From Eledone cirrhosa (lineage: Eukaryota): DNA of 64,000 bases. The stretch is from the NCBI GenBank assembly GCA_964016885.1, contig OZ024741.1:201190001-201254000 (forward strand). Direction: 5' to 3'. Both the position numbers and the translations under genes were made by a program. Positions 27,631 through 44,377 of the stretch are shown in pieces. Every line of letters begins with the position of its first letter. Position 1 is the first letter of the stretch. The notes under the pieces are model-generated. The model was not told where the DNA came from and did not search any database. It saw only the letters and a list, made by a program, of their open reading frames with translations.

Positions 27631-27682
<52 letters not shown>

Positions 27683-27757
27683 TTGAATTGTGGTAAAAAA
27701 AAAACAGGAGGTTATATCTGTAGTAAGTTTCACAACAAATCAGCAAACCATGTGACT

Positions 27758-27865
<108 letters not shown>

Positions 27866-29606
27866 GGGGATGAGCAAGAATAGTAATTTTAAAACAAAAC
27901 ACTACTAAAGTCATCGATGTCAATTAAATATATCAAAGCACGTTTTTTCTTTAAATCTTTTTTCATGTCGAATATTTTCTATTTCAATAGAGAAAGTAAT
28001 CCCACTTCTATAATTATAAAATGCGGTGAAATATATATATGTAAACTAAATTATAAAGAATCAAAACAGGGTTATACTGAACTGCAGTTAAACCGGAGTT
28101 AAGTATATGAATAACAATGTCTGGTTAGCTTGTTTGTTGTGGAACTAACTCTATAATATATGTATAAACGTGTGTGTGTGTGTGTGTGCGTGTGTGCGCG
28201 TGTGTATATATATGTGTATATATATTATATATGTTTGTATGTATATACATGTATGTTTTTAAACTGTTTATTTAGGTGAAATAGTCCTACATTACATCAA
28301 ATATGAATATTCTCCTTGGCTAGTTGTGTTCATCCGTGATAAATGAGAAGTGTGTTCTTTTCCAAAAGACTTAAACGTGTCCTCTCTTAGAAATTCTTCA
28401 CCGAAGTAGCCCTAGTATGCATTTCATAAGCAAGTTTTTTTTATATTTGTTGAAATGCATTTGTCAGTGTGTATGTGCGGGAGAGAAATGTGGGACTAAG
28501 AGGTAGGAGCGGGAGATAGAGAGGGGGAACGTTACTTTGCGCCTTTATGCCTGAAAGTTAAATACTCTTTAGATATGTCAGATTAATCTAAGTAGCAGCA
28601 AACACTTAACTAAAGTGAAAACTATTGTAAACTGAAAGTCAACTCCTCCAAACCCTTCGAACAATTACGGTAAATTGATGGTGATGGATTGGCAGAAACG
28701 ATATGGCATCTATATGCCTTAAAGTATTTAATTTCTCTATGTAATGTGTTCTATCTACATCTCTACTTTAGTCTTTTATTCCTCTGCTGTCGATATAGTA
28801 AGTTCCGAGAAGTATATTCGGGATGAAACCAACTAACTGCACTCTGTACCTTAATGATGATTTTCCATGCGTGAAATGTTACTTTGTTTTAGTCAAGTAA
28901 TATATTCATCTGATGACAGATACCTGTACGGGATAATTCCCCTTGTATTTGTACTTAAAACCAGGAACTGAATTGAATGACAAGACCACCCAAGACATTT
29001 TCAGGCACCGATCAAATGCTGAGTATTGGAATGGTCTCTTGTTTTTTCGGTGTCTGTATATGAACTCTACAACTTACTGCATCCACTCTTCTTAGATAAG
29101 TAGGCTGTACCACTTCCCTATACTTGTTTCAAAACAAGATGTTGCTGGGACATTGATAGAGAACTCACTGGTGGAAGTCTTCAACTTTTTATTTAATTTA
29201 TAATAATTGTTTTCGTCTCCAGAATTTATCTTATTTCTGAAGTTTATATATTGTGTTATTTTAATGTCACTGTCGTAGCTTTCATCCTAATCACCATCAT
29301 CATCAGCACCATCATTACTATTTCCTATTTGCCAAGAGTCTGATATGGTGGTGAAGCTTATCTGTGAGCAATTTTACAGTCCATTAGTTCGTTCTGCCTT
29401 TTTAAGTATGATTTATTTTCATCCTTATCCCTAATATCTGCAACACCATAGAAAGTATGATAGGCCTTTATTTGGGTCTTTATGTTTATTTCATGTCATT
29501 TCAGCTTCTTTTACCCCTGTCGTCTAATGTTAATCTATATCAAATGTTGACCAATACATTTTCAGAAAATCGTATCATTTATAACCTAGGGGCAGCAATG
29601 TCATAC

Positions 29607-29781
<175 letters not shown>

Positions 29782-29992
29782 CTTCTCGCGAGTCAGTTCT
29801 TTCGTTGCTACGGTCCCCGCGGCTGAATTACCGGTCGCTATCTTCAATTTGCAAAGCCCTTTAAACTGAATGTTATTACTCTAAGGTGTTATACCTTATC
29901 GAGTGCTTGGCTGCTCTTTCTGATTGCATTCGTTGGCTTAGCTGCGGCTCGGGCTTCGAATATTCTGTACTTCCATTTGTATGTATATATAT

Positions 29993-30055
<63 letters not shown>

Positions 30056-30064
30056 GTATATATA

Positions 30065-30340
30065 TGATGGCTGCAACTTGATTTCGAGTAATGCCATCGC
30101 TTGATACATAAGCCTGTGCATCACGGACTGGCTTTTTAGTGCTGCTAGTGACTAGCCTATGGCCAGCAATACCATGCATTGTAAAAAATATCACACATCA
30201 AGCGATGTCTGTGCTTGAAGCCTTTTTGCACGGGGCCAATCCCACTCTCTGAACACCGAATGCATTTGCCCCAAAAGAGGAACTGGTCTACATCATTGGA
30301 TGCAAACAAAGTCGCAGGTTTTATATAAGAGTGACCTACT
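30065..30340 (-). mobile_element. Same family (diverged subfamily), truncated
   Basis: Reverse complement of ~44615-44910. Confidence 0.7.
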
Positions 30341-33300
30341 CCAATACTATTTTATTCCTCTTCCACTGAGATAGAATTTCGAGTTCTTTCTTGACGTTAT
30401 AATATTCTATAAGTTATCCAATCGTCGGTGTATTATATGACATTCTAAATCCATCTGGTAACGTTGTCTTCATATACCATTCATAACACATTATATATTC
30501 ATTCATTTTCCAGTACTAACCGCATATTGCGATCATATTGAGCCCTTCCTCCTTTATATATATATTCTTCGTTTTCTTATCTTTCATTTTTTCCTAATGG
30601 CGTTTGGATGCGATTTATCAACATGATGGCACTCGTTTTTATAGCAAATCCCACCTCGTCCATAGCTGCCTTTTTTAATCCCTCCCTCGTTATAATTCTC
30701 CTCCTCGTTTTCCTCCTCATTCACCTTATTCTCATCATAGTCGTCATTAATATAAACTTCATCATCGTCACTATTACTAATTTTCCAGCCCATAGTTTTA
30801 ATTAGCCTTCATTTCCATTATTCTAATGTGGCATATTCGCCACCCCTATTAATATCCTTAACACTTATGGCCACTATCAATTCAACGATCAATCCTATAT
30901 GTTCCCCTCAAGCACTTTATATACTACCATTACTTCCGTCCTCTGCATACCGAAATCTCATCTGTTCTATACTACTTTCTATATTTATTATTTCTTACTA
31001 CTATTACCACCACCAGTACCTCCGCATTCCATCGATACCTACCCATCTTTCTTACTGCTCCACTGTCACAGTTATTTCTGCCGTTATCGCTTTTAACACT
31101 ATTTGCTGCAATGTATGTTTTATTGTTGTCGTTTTCATGAAACAATACTTTGCAGCCCTATTCTTTGACATTTGTTACCATTTCTTTAGTTCATGTTACA
31201 TAACAGAAAAGGCTGCAAGTGTTTTTGTTTGGGGATTTTTTTTAATAAGCCACATAAGTTACCTGTTTTCTTCTGGATTCTATAAAGTTAATCGGACTAG
31301 AGACTGTTATCCCTAATAATCCAACTCTGGTTCATTACAAGTAACACCACCAAAAAGTAATGTTACACTGCCAATGTAGCCGTGTGCGAAAATGTTACAG
31401 CACGAGAGTGATGGCACTACAGTTTTTAGTTTTGTTCCGTTATGTCCCGAGTTCAAATCACAGCAAAATTGGCTTTGACTTTCATTCCTGCAAAGGCAAT
31501 TAAATTAAAAAATACTGAACATTACTGATGTATTGTAATATTAGACACAACTTTTAGAAAAATATATTTAGAAGAAAACTATTGCTTACGATGTTTTAAT
31601 AATCATACATGTGAACAAGAAAAGTATGTATAACACACTTTTATATGCCCTATATATAGGTATTGACGTGTCCTTCTTTAAGCAATTGACGTAATACTGC
31701 ATTAACTATTAAAATAACCGTTCGGTAGATTATTAATAATAATTGTTTCTACCTTTGGCACAAGGCCAGCAATTACCCAGTACATTACTGGTACTTTATT
31801 TTATCGACCCCGCAAATAATAATGTCCTCGTAAAGTTGCTATTTTCACGCTGCAATCGAATTGTAAGTCGCTTACATCAATGACATCAATTGTGTCATTC
31901 ATATAAATTACGAATCTAAGTGAGGTAACCTCAATGATAATTTTGGTCTTAAGTCCACGAGGCTTCAACATATCGTCTGTGAACAGCTTCATATGGATGG
32001 CAGAGCTGCATATTTTACTTTTCATCCAGACAACAGAATACCGTTTTTCAAATATTCCTGATGATACCACCAACAATTGATTTTATACTTTACAATGCAT
32101 ATTCGTACCTAACAAAATTAAGTATCTTGAAGATAACCAAAAAACCCTCCCATGCACAAAGCTGAGAAAACCGTTGCTGACTTTCAGCAAAGCCGACGAT
32201 TTCTTTAGATGCATTTACAAATAATACCTAAGAAAATCTACTTGGATGATAAATTGTACGCTCGCTGCATCATTCATTTTCCTGTTGTACGTCTATGATT
32301 TCTACTGCACACGATATGTTTTTGAACTTGTAATTATGAAATTGCAGTTTGTAGCTCCCTCAAAGTCGCCAATACAAGCCTCTACTTTTGATTGTCTCTG
32401 AAATTGCTTCACTTGAAACTACTCGTCTCCGTGTTGTCACGTCCACTTACTAAACCAGAACAGTTAAAAACAACATCTTCTGTAATCACATGAATGCGTC
32501 TGTGATCTATGATTCCAATCATTCACTTTTTTTTTTAGTACCGCTTAAATATGTTTCTATTCGTAAAATTCTATCAGAAGAAGTTTTACTCAGTAAAAAC
32601 CTTATTCATTAATCAAGAAACGCTAATCTGTAAGGGGAAAGTGGATCACACATCGTGCCTGAAATGGAAACTAAAAATACTAAATAGAAAAGGTAAATTC
32701 ATAATTATTGTATCTGCATCAAGTTCCTCTTTTTTGTGTTTGCAAATGTTTAAATAAGTCAAATCAAAGATGAAATGTGAAGGCAAAAATTTGTCTTTGT
32801 GCAAATTGTATTCGTGACATTTTTGTACCTGCCTAAATTGATCAACTAAATACATTTTAAGGTGCCAGATACGTCATCATTCAACCTACTAGAAATAATA
32901 ATATGGTGGTGGTGGTGATAATGATTGGTGTGTCTATTCTAACCTCGGGCGTATGCATATATTTTTAATAAATCTTGAAAATATTTAACTCACATATACA
33001 AAACACCTTTTCATATGTAATGTGTGTATGTGTGCTGTATTTGTGTGTGTTCTGTGACCGTGATAGAATTAGTAAAATAGAGATATTTGCGATTATATTT
33101 GTTTGGTAGTCTTTTCGCCAATTGATGGTCTATTCCGTAATTTAGTTTTCTTCATTTGTTTTGTATGCCTGTCTGTTGGACTTAACACATCAATCAACAT
33201 ACAGCTTTTGTTTTTAAGTGCCGATTATTTGTACTATCTAATGTCTCACGGTACTCATTGTATTTATATTTCTCTATAACTTTTTCTTGCTTATTCTGAT

Positions 33301-34699
33301 ATGACATTTTTTTCCAACCATTATCTAATCTGTATTAGCTAAGAATTTGCCAGTAACTAAAGTTAATAATTTCGTCACGCCTGTGTTCAATGATCAGTAC
33401 TAAGTATTCAATAACTATGGGATCTGCAATTTCAAAACTCTCTCGATACATATATTCAGCGTCCATATCTTTATGTAGAATGGTTCTTCTGTGACTGTAG
33501 TTATCCATATTTAATATATCTATTCTTTCATTATCACACTTTCAATGAAGACATTGTCTATGTTTTACAAATTATTTTGAAAATAATTTACAATTTCATT
33601 GGATTTAGCACCATTATTTATCTGGTATTCAGATCATCGCTTAACAAGTTTTCTTACATAAAATTATGATGGAAGGTTTCTAGGTAAATAAAAACACTTT
33701 GAAATAAACAGCTTAGCATCGTAGAACCAAGGCGGTCCTAAATGGTTTGGTATCAAAAGGCTTAACAGAATGTTTTTAAGATTCCTAGCGAAAGTTTACA
33801 AGCTTGTGTTATAGATTCTTACGTGGTTCTCGAATAAATATCGGGTCTGGAAATAGTTTAATTTCATTCTAATGCATAATCTAGAAAAGGTAATTGTGTT
33901 CACAGTGTGCGGTAATACCTTCGTTAAAGTGGGATTTATTATAGTGTGTATAATTATAATATGCAGAATGTTCGTTAACCATGAATTCATACAAATGAAT
34001 CTAGTCAAATTAGATAATTTTTGTCCAGTATTAGATGTAGTAGATGATGGTGGATCGGCAGAATTGATAGGAAGTCGGATATTATTATCTCTATACATCC
34101 TGAGTTCAAATCCTGCCGAAGTCAACTTTGTCTTTTATCTTTCTAAGGTCTAGCAACCTTAAGCTAGCAACCTTACCTCCATTACCTTACCGCCATTAAT
34201 CAAAATTGTTACAAACTTGACGAACAAACATCTAGACTGGGGGCAAGCCCGTGACAAGTTTTGAAACTGTGCGGCATGGAGATCTCACATCATCCAACAC
34301 TCCATGGAAAGAAGAAGAAGAGCAGCAGAAGCGACAACAACAACAACAACGGCGTTGGAATTGGAATTTTAACTCAGATATTTATTTCCCGGATTAAATA
34401 AAGTAGTTTTACAAAAGACGAAACTCACCTCTCTATTATATATAAGTAAAGGTGGACCTATTCATGTTTGATCGACATCTTACTAGAAATTCTCATATTC
34501 ACAAATGTTCGAGTACATTCTCAGACAAATATACCTATATACGCAGAAAAAAAATGTATAAATTGGGTGCTAAGATGTTGAAATACTAGTATTCCTGAAT
34601 ATACAAAGGGTAACTTATATATCTATGTATACATAGGGTCACAAGTATCTATTTTGTGTTAGATATTTATAAGCTCATACATCCGATTATGAGATCACG

Positions 34700-34968
34700 A
34701 AATGAGAGATCACAGCTTCGATAAGATGGGCATGTGGTCTCAGGAAAGAATCGCTGGACAGATTTTACGGGCAAAACCAACAGGTAGGAGACCCAGCGGC
34801 AAACCCCGAGCAAGATGCTTACATAACATCCATGAGCTTGGCTGGTCATGCTTTGGGATTCAGCCGGATCAGTTGGAGATGGTTGCTTCTGACATGAACC
34901 GCTGGAAGGAGCGTTTGAGGACTCTGCCGCTACGACACTCTCTGGAATAAGTGGGCGAAGAAGAAGAT
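34700..34968 (+). mobile_element. 3' end fragment of the RTE-type LINE with (GAA) tail
   Basis: Shares GAGATCACAGCT...CAGATTTTACGGGCAAAACCAAC with ~2550-2655. Encodes ERIAGQILRAKPTGRRPSGKPR. Confidence 0.75.
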
Positions 34969-36399
34969 GCATATTGTTGGATTAGACCAAGCAGATAAGG
35001 ATAAGCTCATAATTGCCTCTCAGGTAATAATTGATCAGCAGGAAACCTACTTGATCCAAATAGAAATATACATAATCCTGTTTTTATATATTAATATTTA
35101 GTAGAGTTCTATGATATTCATGTTTGCTGACCCAAACTTGTAGGCTAATAATTGCATATTATGTGGAAGAGACCTATTTATGTGCTGTGATACAAATACA
35201 CGACTGTTTATGGACCTAATAACTAAATAGATTTATCTGCTGTGATATAACTATACTATTGATCATGAAACAAAACCTATAACATACTCTTTTACTTGAG
35301 CCCTGGGTTATAAATAAATATAATTTTTTAATTATGTCCAGGGCCGCAATCAATATTACTCATTAAAGTCTACAAGTACCACTATGAGTATGAACATCTA
35401 TGATATAATAAAGGAAGGAGTGCGGGACAGCGTCCGTTTATAATTTTTGTTATCCCATTAGGAAAATAAGTTGGATTACTTTGAATAAATAAATAAAGTA
35501 TTGCTTATTCTAAGATCCACTTCTTTAAAATTTTCAAATGTCAATACTTCCGGTTAGCCTCCGTTATATCATAACGCTTATCACATCGCTTATGTAAACC
35601 TTCATATATTTGCATCGTTATATAAGATTTATATTTAGGTCACTCATTTTCTGCTTTTTCGTTTTCATAACATTTTACTTTATTATATATGCAGTTTATA
35701 TATAATATCGTCTTTTTTTAATGTATCATGGATTACTTTACTGATTACAGAAGAGAGTGTAACACAGACTTCGTTTAATTTCTGTGCATATTGTCTATTA
35801 CGATTTCATTTGACGTATCATATCTACATGCATATATATTTGCTTATAATATAAATATGCACACTACACATACCCGAAGGGTGGTGTTTCTGCTAGTTCT
35901 TATAATAATAATAACTATAGAATTAATATGCAAATAACCACTTTGGTGTATATGCACTCATCAGAGTTTGCATGTATTGTATATGCCTATGTAGAAACAC
36001 GCACGCCTGCACGCACATACAAGCATACAAATGCAGGTGCACATATACCGTCCAAATATACACGTGTACGCTCAGACTAATCCCAATACATATGTTAAGT
36101 TTCAGAGTTAAGGGATATAGACAGAGTTAAGGAACTGAAAACGAAAGAGTAAGAAGGGTGGGTGTACGGATGCGATGCAAGTGTCAGAGTAGGATAATAT
36201 ATTGTATTGGTCCCTATACAAATGATAAGCTCATATTTAAGGTAAACAAACAACAAAAGCTCATATTTATGGTAAAAAAACAACAAAAGAGCGAGAAAAG
36301 GGAAATATAAAGGGAATGCTATAGTAATCCAAGGATATCTAAGTAGGGTTGTATACTCTATTAAAGAAAGAATATGAAAGGCTATGAGGACAATTTATA

Positions 36400-36792
36400 A
36401 CTAATTCATTCCTAGCATCAATAGGGTTAGGGTTCGACATTGTGATATTATTGTACGCTTCAGATAAACATAAATTACGTGATTTTTTTTATTTCCATTG
36501 TATGGGGTAGATCTATCAATAATTTCCCAATGTATTTTATAGTTGGTTTTAGACTCGACTAAGCTAGTTATTGTGCTTGTTATTTTAAACGAATATAAGT
36601 GGGAATTTACCTGGTTTTAAATTGACTAGCTGTGGCCCCAATATATGAACTAATATAGTGTTGGGTATTTACCGTACATTTATATACTATATTGCTAGTA
36701 AGGCACAAACCACCAAGGGGACATTTACTATGAATCCTACAATTACAACTTATTGGATAGAGGGGCGGTATTAAGTGGATAGTTCTAGGCAT
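36400..36792 (-). mobile_element. Decayed PLE GIY-YIG fragment
   Basis: CNCRIHSKCPLGGLCLTSNIVYKC...SYIGATASQFKTR in ORF 36607-36792. Confidence 0.75.
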
Positions 36793-36964
36793 GATTAGGT
36801 TGTACTAGAAGTACTAGAGGCATGATTACTGGTTGTACTAGAAGTACTAGATATGTTGTTTGAGCTGGTATCAAGCAGGTTGTGTTGTATTGAATTATTT
36901 ATATTATTGGATTATCCATGCTTGTATAATTTCTGATGGTTGCTGAAAGTAAACTAACCCAAGC

Positions 36965-37170
36965 TCTGCTGCACTTCGGGACGAGGAGAGTCAACTCTCC
37001 AAATATCGGTCGCTATCCGACAGGTTTGAGGTCGAGCCTGTAGCAATGGAGACTTCTGGTGTCTTGGCCCTAGAGCCACCTCCCTGCTTACTAGCATCGG
37101 CACAGAGTTGGCTACCCACAGGTATGAACCTCGAAAGCTGGAATGGCTCTTCCAGAATGTCTACCTCACC
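36965..37170 (+). mobile_element. CRE/R2-group restriction-like endonuclease C-terminal fragment
   Basis: GC-rich island translating, with one frameshift, to SKYRSLSDRFEVEPVAMETSGVL/GPRATSLLTSIG...EPRKLEWLFQ. Confidence 0.65.
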
Positions 37171-37761
37171 ATCCTCCGAGGAAACGACTTCAACATTCTG
37201 TCCGCCGGGGCCGCGGGATGGCCAGCGAATGGGGCCCCACTTGCTCATAATAGAGATAGATGGGGAGAGTGAGAGGGACGGAGGTAGTGACAGTGGGAAT
37301 TTCGTTCTTTTGTGTTCGGAGCTTGTGTAAGTGTATATACAATCATGCATGTGATTACTTAATTACTAATGTAACACCCTAACCACATCTATCTATCACT
37401 ACCGCATTTCTTTCATTGTTTAGTAAAAAAAAAACTAACAACACAACACATTGGTTATATCTGAAGAAAAATATCAGATGACATTGGCATAAATTAACTT
37501 TTTACATCACCTATATTTATCATAAATTTAAGACTAAAACCTTTTTATGCTGAACTGATATAACACTGTTCATATCAGCTAAGTTGGGAGTGGTAGAAAA
37601 AGATAACTTAACAGTATTTTTATTGATTAATTTATGGTAATTGTGGTCTTGTGGGAAATTTCTTTCAATTATGATAAAGAATATTTTGGCAATATTTGGA
37701 AGATTAAACCAGGGATTTTTTCTTTTGCGTGTGTTAGTTTTTTCCCCTCCTCCACTCCAAT

Positions 37762-37821
<60 letters not shown>

Positions 37822-38029
37822 TTAATGGTAGCTATGATGCTTCCATAGGCGGTATGCCAGTTGAGCACTCTATGTTCTTCGGACACATGCAGGTTCTTCG
37901 GACACATGCAAAGAACCTGCAGATCTAGAATCAGACAGATCCATACAATGATCGTGTCTCGAGCTATCTGCCGGCGAAACAATTGTAACACACAATAAAC
38001 TGAGTTCAAATGCATCACTGATTTTTCGT

Positions 38030-38089
<60 letters not shown>

Positions 38090-38272
38090 AGTTTATGTTG
38101 GTTGTATACCAACACCTCAGTATGCAGGCTGGAGCACTCGACGAAGTGCGCAGGTTGGTTTGGTTGGTTCCCCAGTGAATTAACAACCCAACAAGGAACT
38201 GGGCATATCAGAGTATTGACAATATCACACACCTAAACAACATATGTACTTGTCTATACCATACTAATTCAA

Positions 38273-38327
38273 ACTGCCTGAAGAGGTCACAGCCAAAGAT
38301 GGCTGTCACTGAAATATATATAGCAGT
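38273..38327 (+). ncRNA. Type I hammerhead ribozyme of a second, unrelated family
   Basis: ACTGC-CTGAAGA-GGT C ACAGCCA AAGA TGGCTGT C ACT-GAAA-TATATA-TA-GCAGT. P1 is ACTGC/GCAGT, the core is canonical, P2 is long and P3 is palindromic. Confidence 0.8.
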
Positions 38328-38371
38328 AATAAACGAAGCTAAATTTTAATCATTTGACTTTTATTTAACTT

Positions 38372-38466
<95 letters not shown>

Positions 38467-38469
<3 letters not shown>

Positions 38470-40190
38470 AATATAGACATAGAATATTCGAAAATATTCT
38501 GTATGTTTATAATAAACATTTTGAAGACCTAATCGCTATAGAATAGAATACGTCACGTATTACAATTAGATTCTCGATAAAAGCAAGGGAAGTAATCTAC
38601 GCGTTTCATTCTTGTTAGAATTCATCAGGACTACATATCCAGTGCTTTTATCGAGAATGACACAGCTAGAGACTTATAGGATACTTAGCTGTGTACAGGA
38701 ACTGGTTTGAAAGAGCGGTTGCCGGTCCGGCAGAAATTAGAAATTGGAATAAATGCTCTGAAATAGCGATATATAAGTGAATATAGACATAGAATATTCG
38801 AAAATATTCTGTATGTTTATAATAAACATTTTGAAGACCTAATCGCTATAGAATAGAATACGTCACGTATTACAATTAGATTCTCGATAAAAGCAAGGGA
38901 AGTAATCTACGCGTTTCATTCTTGTTAGAATTCATCAGGACTACATATCCAGTGCTTTTATCGAGAATGACACAGCTAGAGACTTATAGGATACTTAGCT
39001 GTGTACAGGAACTGGTTTGAAAGAGCGGTTGCCGGTCCGGCAGAAATTAGAAATTGGAATAAATGCTCTGAAATAGCGATATATAAGTGAATATAGACAT
39101 AGAATATTCGAAAATATTCTGTATGTTTATAATAAACATTTTGAAGACCTAATCGCTATAGAATAGAATACGTCACGTATTACAATTAGATTCTCGATAA
39201 AAGCAAGGGAAGTAATCTACGCGTTTCATTCTTGTTAGAATTCATCAGGACTACATATCCAGTGCTTTTATCGAGAATGACACAGCTAGAGACTTATAGG
39301 ATACTTAGCTGTGTACAGGAACTGGTTTGAAAGAGCGGTTGCCGGTCCGGCAGAAATTAGAAATTGGAATAAATGCTCTGAAATAGCGATATATAAGTGA
39401 ATATAGACATAGAATATTCGAAAATATTCTGTATGTTTATAATAAACATTTTGAAGACCTAATCGCTATAGAATAGAATACGTCACGTATTACAATTAGA
39501 TTCTCGATAAAAGCAAGGGAAGTAATCTACGCGTTTCATTCTTGTTAGAATTCATCAGGACTACATATCCAGTGCTTTTATCGAGAATGACACAGCTAGA
39601 GACTTATAGGATACTTAGCTGTGTACAGGAACTGGTTTGAAAGAGCGGTTGCCGGTCCGGCAGAAATTAGAAATTGGAATAAATGCTCTGAAATAGCGAT
39701 ATATAAGTGAATATAGACATAGAATATTCGAAAATATTCTGTATGTTTATAATAAACATTTTGAAGACCTAATCGCTATAGAATAGAATACGTCACGTAT
39801 TACAATTAGATTCTCGATAAAAGCAAGGGAAGTAATCTACGCGTTTCATTCTTGTTAGAATTCATCAGGACTACATATCCAGTGCTTTTATCGAGAATGA
39901 CACAGCTAGAGACTTATAGGATACTTAGCTGTGTACAGGAACTGGTTTGAAAGAGCGGTTGCCGGTCCGGCAGAAATTAGAAATTGGAATAAATGCTCTG
40001 AAATAGCGATATATAAGTGAATATAGACATAGAATATTCGAAAATATTCTGTATGTTTATAATAAACATTTTGAAGACCTAATCGCTATAGAATAGAATA
40101 CGTCACGTATTACAATTAGATTCTCGATAAAAGCAAGGGAAGTAATCTACGCGTTTCATTCTTGTTAGAATTCATCAGGACTACATATCC
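38467..40190 (-). mobile_element. Hammerhead-ribozyme tandem array (retrozyme-like), left arm, ~5.6 x 310-bp units
   Basis: GTGAATATAGAC recurs at 38467, 38777, 39087, 39397, 39707 and 40017 (period 310). Each unit has a minus-strand hammerhead at 38592-38634 + n*310 (6 copies). The left end abuts (TA)n. Confidence 0.9.
38592..38634 (-). ncRNA. Minimal type I hammerhead ribozyme (representative; further - copies start at 38902, 39212, 39522, 39832, 40142)
   Basis: Exact reverse complement of the 40405-40447 motif. Confidence 0.93.
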
Positions 40191-42295
<2,105 letters not shown>

Positions 42296-42319
42296 ATATA
42301 TATATATATATATATATTT

Positions 42320-42405
<86 letters not shown>

Positions 42406-42544
42406 TCTAACATATATACAGAAAAAGTAAGCGACACATATACAGATAGAAAAAGAGATAGTGAGAGAGGGAGAGGGAGAGATAGTGAGGCAGATGTCAG
42501 ACCGGCCGACAACAAACGAAAAAAACAACAACCACCTGTAATTA

Positions 42545-42750
42545 TAGTGAATTGGCGGTATCGGTAGAGTGTCGTACACCCTGCTTCGCAGCATAGAGTT
42601 ACGACCCTTTATGTTCTGAGTTCAAATCCTGCCGAGGTTAGCTTTACCTTTCACCCTTACGAAGTCGATAAAATAAAGTACCAGTAACACACTGGGGTCG
42701 ATTTAATCGACTTTCCCTCCCCCCAAATTGTTGGCTTTGTACCAGAAATA
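42545..42750 (+). mobile_element. Abundant tRNA-derived SINE
   Basis: B box GAGTTCAAATCC plus the same core. Confidence 0.75.
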
Positions 42751-43372
42751 ATTATAGTAAGTCTTTTTTTTAAAGTCTGTGTTGCGTTGTTGGACAGAAA
42801 CAGAGAGAAGGAGAGAGACATTACGTTTTAGTTAGTTAGAGAGAGAGGGAGGTGGAGTGTGTGAGAGTTGAAACAGTGTCTCACTCTCTATATATGGTTA
42901 GCAAGACGAGGACGGACAGTACATAGGTGCTAGAAAGAGCAGTAAATTCTCCCTCAATTGTCCCCCTTTCTATATTCTGAAAATAATTCGACAGCGAACT
43001 TAATGGAGGTCAGATTTGTTGAAGATACACGAAAAACCATAATTATTATTAATTTTATTTTGTGTTATTAGCGGATAACGTACAAACAAACTTCTTTATA
43101 AGGATATAGATTTTTTTACGAAGATATTAAAATATTGGCATGGTTCTTACGTAAAACTATGTTGGTAGATATCTTTTATAGTAACACTTTAAAATGGGGG
43201 CTTTGTTTCATAGAACCACAGCGGTAGTGTAGAAACGTAGAATACCTGCCTATACAGTCTTTATATATATGCATATGCGAACTCACGCGTATTTCTGTGT
43301 TTGTGTATGTATATCCTACCTCTTTACATGCATGGATACATACATATCGTAAAAGCCGTCAGATGTTTATTC

Positions 43373-43408
<36 letters not shown>

Positions 43409-44377
43409 GTAATAACAAAATAAAAAAAACAAATGGCACACTACATAGAAGAAATATATTAGTTTAACCCTTGGAATAACAGGAAGAGAATCTAAAAGTT
43501 TCGGACACTAGTCCTTCACCAGAAAGTAGAGTTAGAAATAGGAAATAAATAGAAAGTAGAGAGTGATGAGAGGAACGAGGAAATAAGAAAAAAATTCTGG
43601 AGAAAAAAACACGCGTGCATATTCAGTCGGCCATCTTGGAGAGTGGCTGGAGTATGGTAATTTCGGCGTAAAGGAGGTATACAAAAGGTATAGATAACTA
43701 ATGTATAGTGTGTTGGTCTGTGTGTGTCTGTGTGTGTGTATGTGCGTTTGTGTGCGCGCGTGAAGGTGTGTTCTTGGTTTGGAAGCTGGTTGCTGAGAGA
43801 GTGACAATCTATCTGCTGAACAACGTAAGGGGATGCATATGAATTTCAACATATACGTACATAAATGCACACACTGTAACAGCCGAGAGGACAGTGAACA
43901 GGTTGTAAACGGTATATTACATAACCTGGTAAGGCTGTAAGAGAAGTTGCATAACTTCGCATACAACGGCATTGTGGTACATCCGTAAACGGCTGCGTTT
44001 CATTAGCTTATAAACATAGGCAGAAATCTATATGATTCTAGCCTAGTTTAGCATCAACAAAATCGGGGAGATATGTAATCTTGATAAACGCTAATAAGTG
44101 CAAATTATAGCATTGTGGATTACTTCTTCCTGTTTTTGCTGAGACTTGGTTTGTGACGATGGTTACAACCTTAACAATTTTTAACGAAAGGAATTCGAAT
44201 GTTTTTTATAAAGATCCGTATATTATTGTGTGTGTGTGTGTGTGTGTAATAAAGACGGAAGTTTTCAATATACATTATACATATTTAAGTAGTGAAATGT
44301 AAAACCATTGATACACATAGACATCCATATGTTTGTGTGTGTACGTATGTATTTATTTATATGTATGTATTCATATA

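Noticed and set aside
30584-31316. Acidic and hydrophobic short ORFs
   Set aside because: Low-complexity, strand-skewed sequence with no domain or splice evidence.
31812-32480. Possible pogo/Tc1 transposase relic on the minus strand
   Set aside because: Too decayed. No clear DDE motif or terminal inverted repeats identified.
37812-37992. Hammerhead with large helix II (GAAACAATTGTA-ACACAC)
   Set aside because: The 3' half fits, but the 5' core reads TTAATGG, with three deviations including G5, and helix I would rely on a (TG)n repeat.
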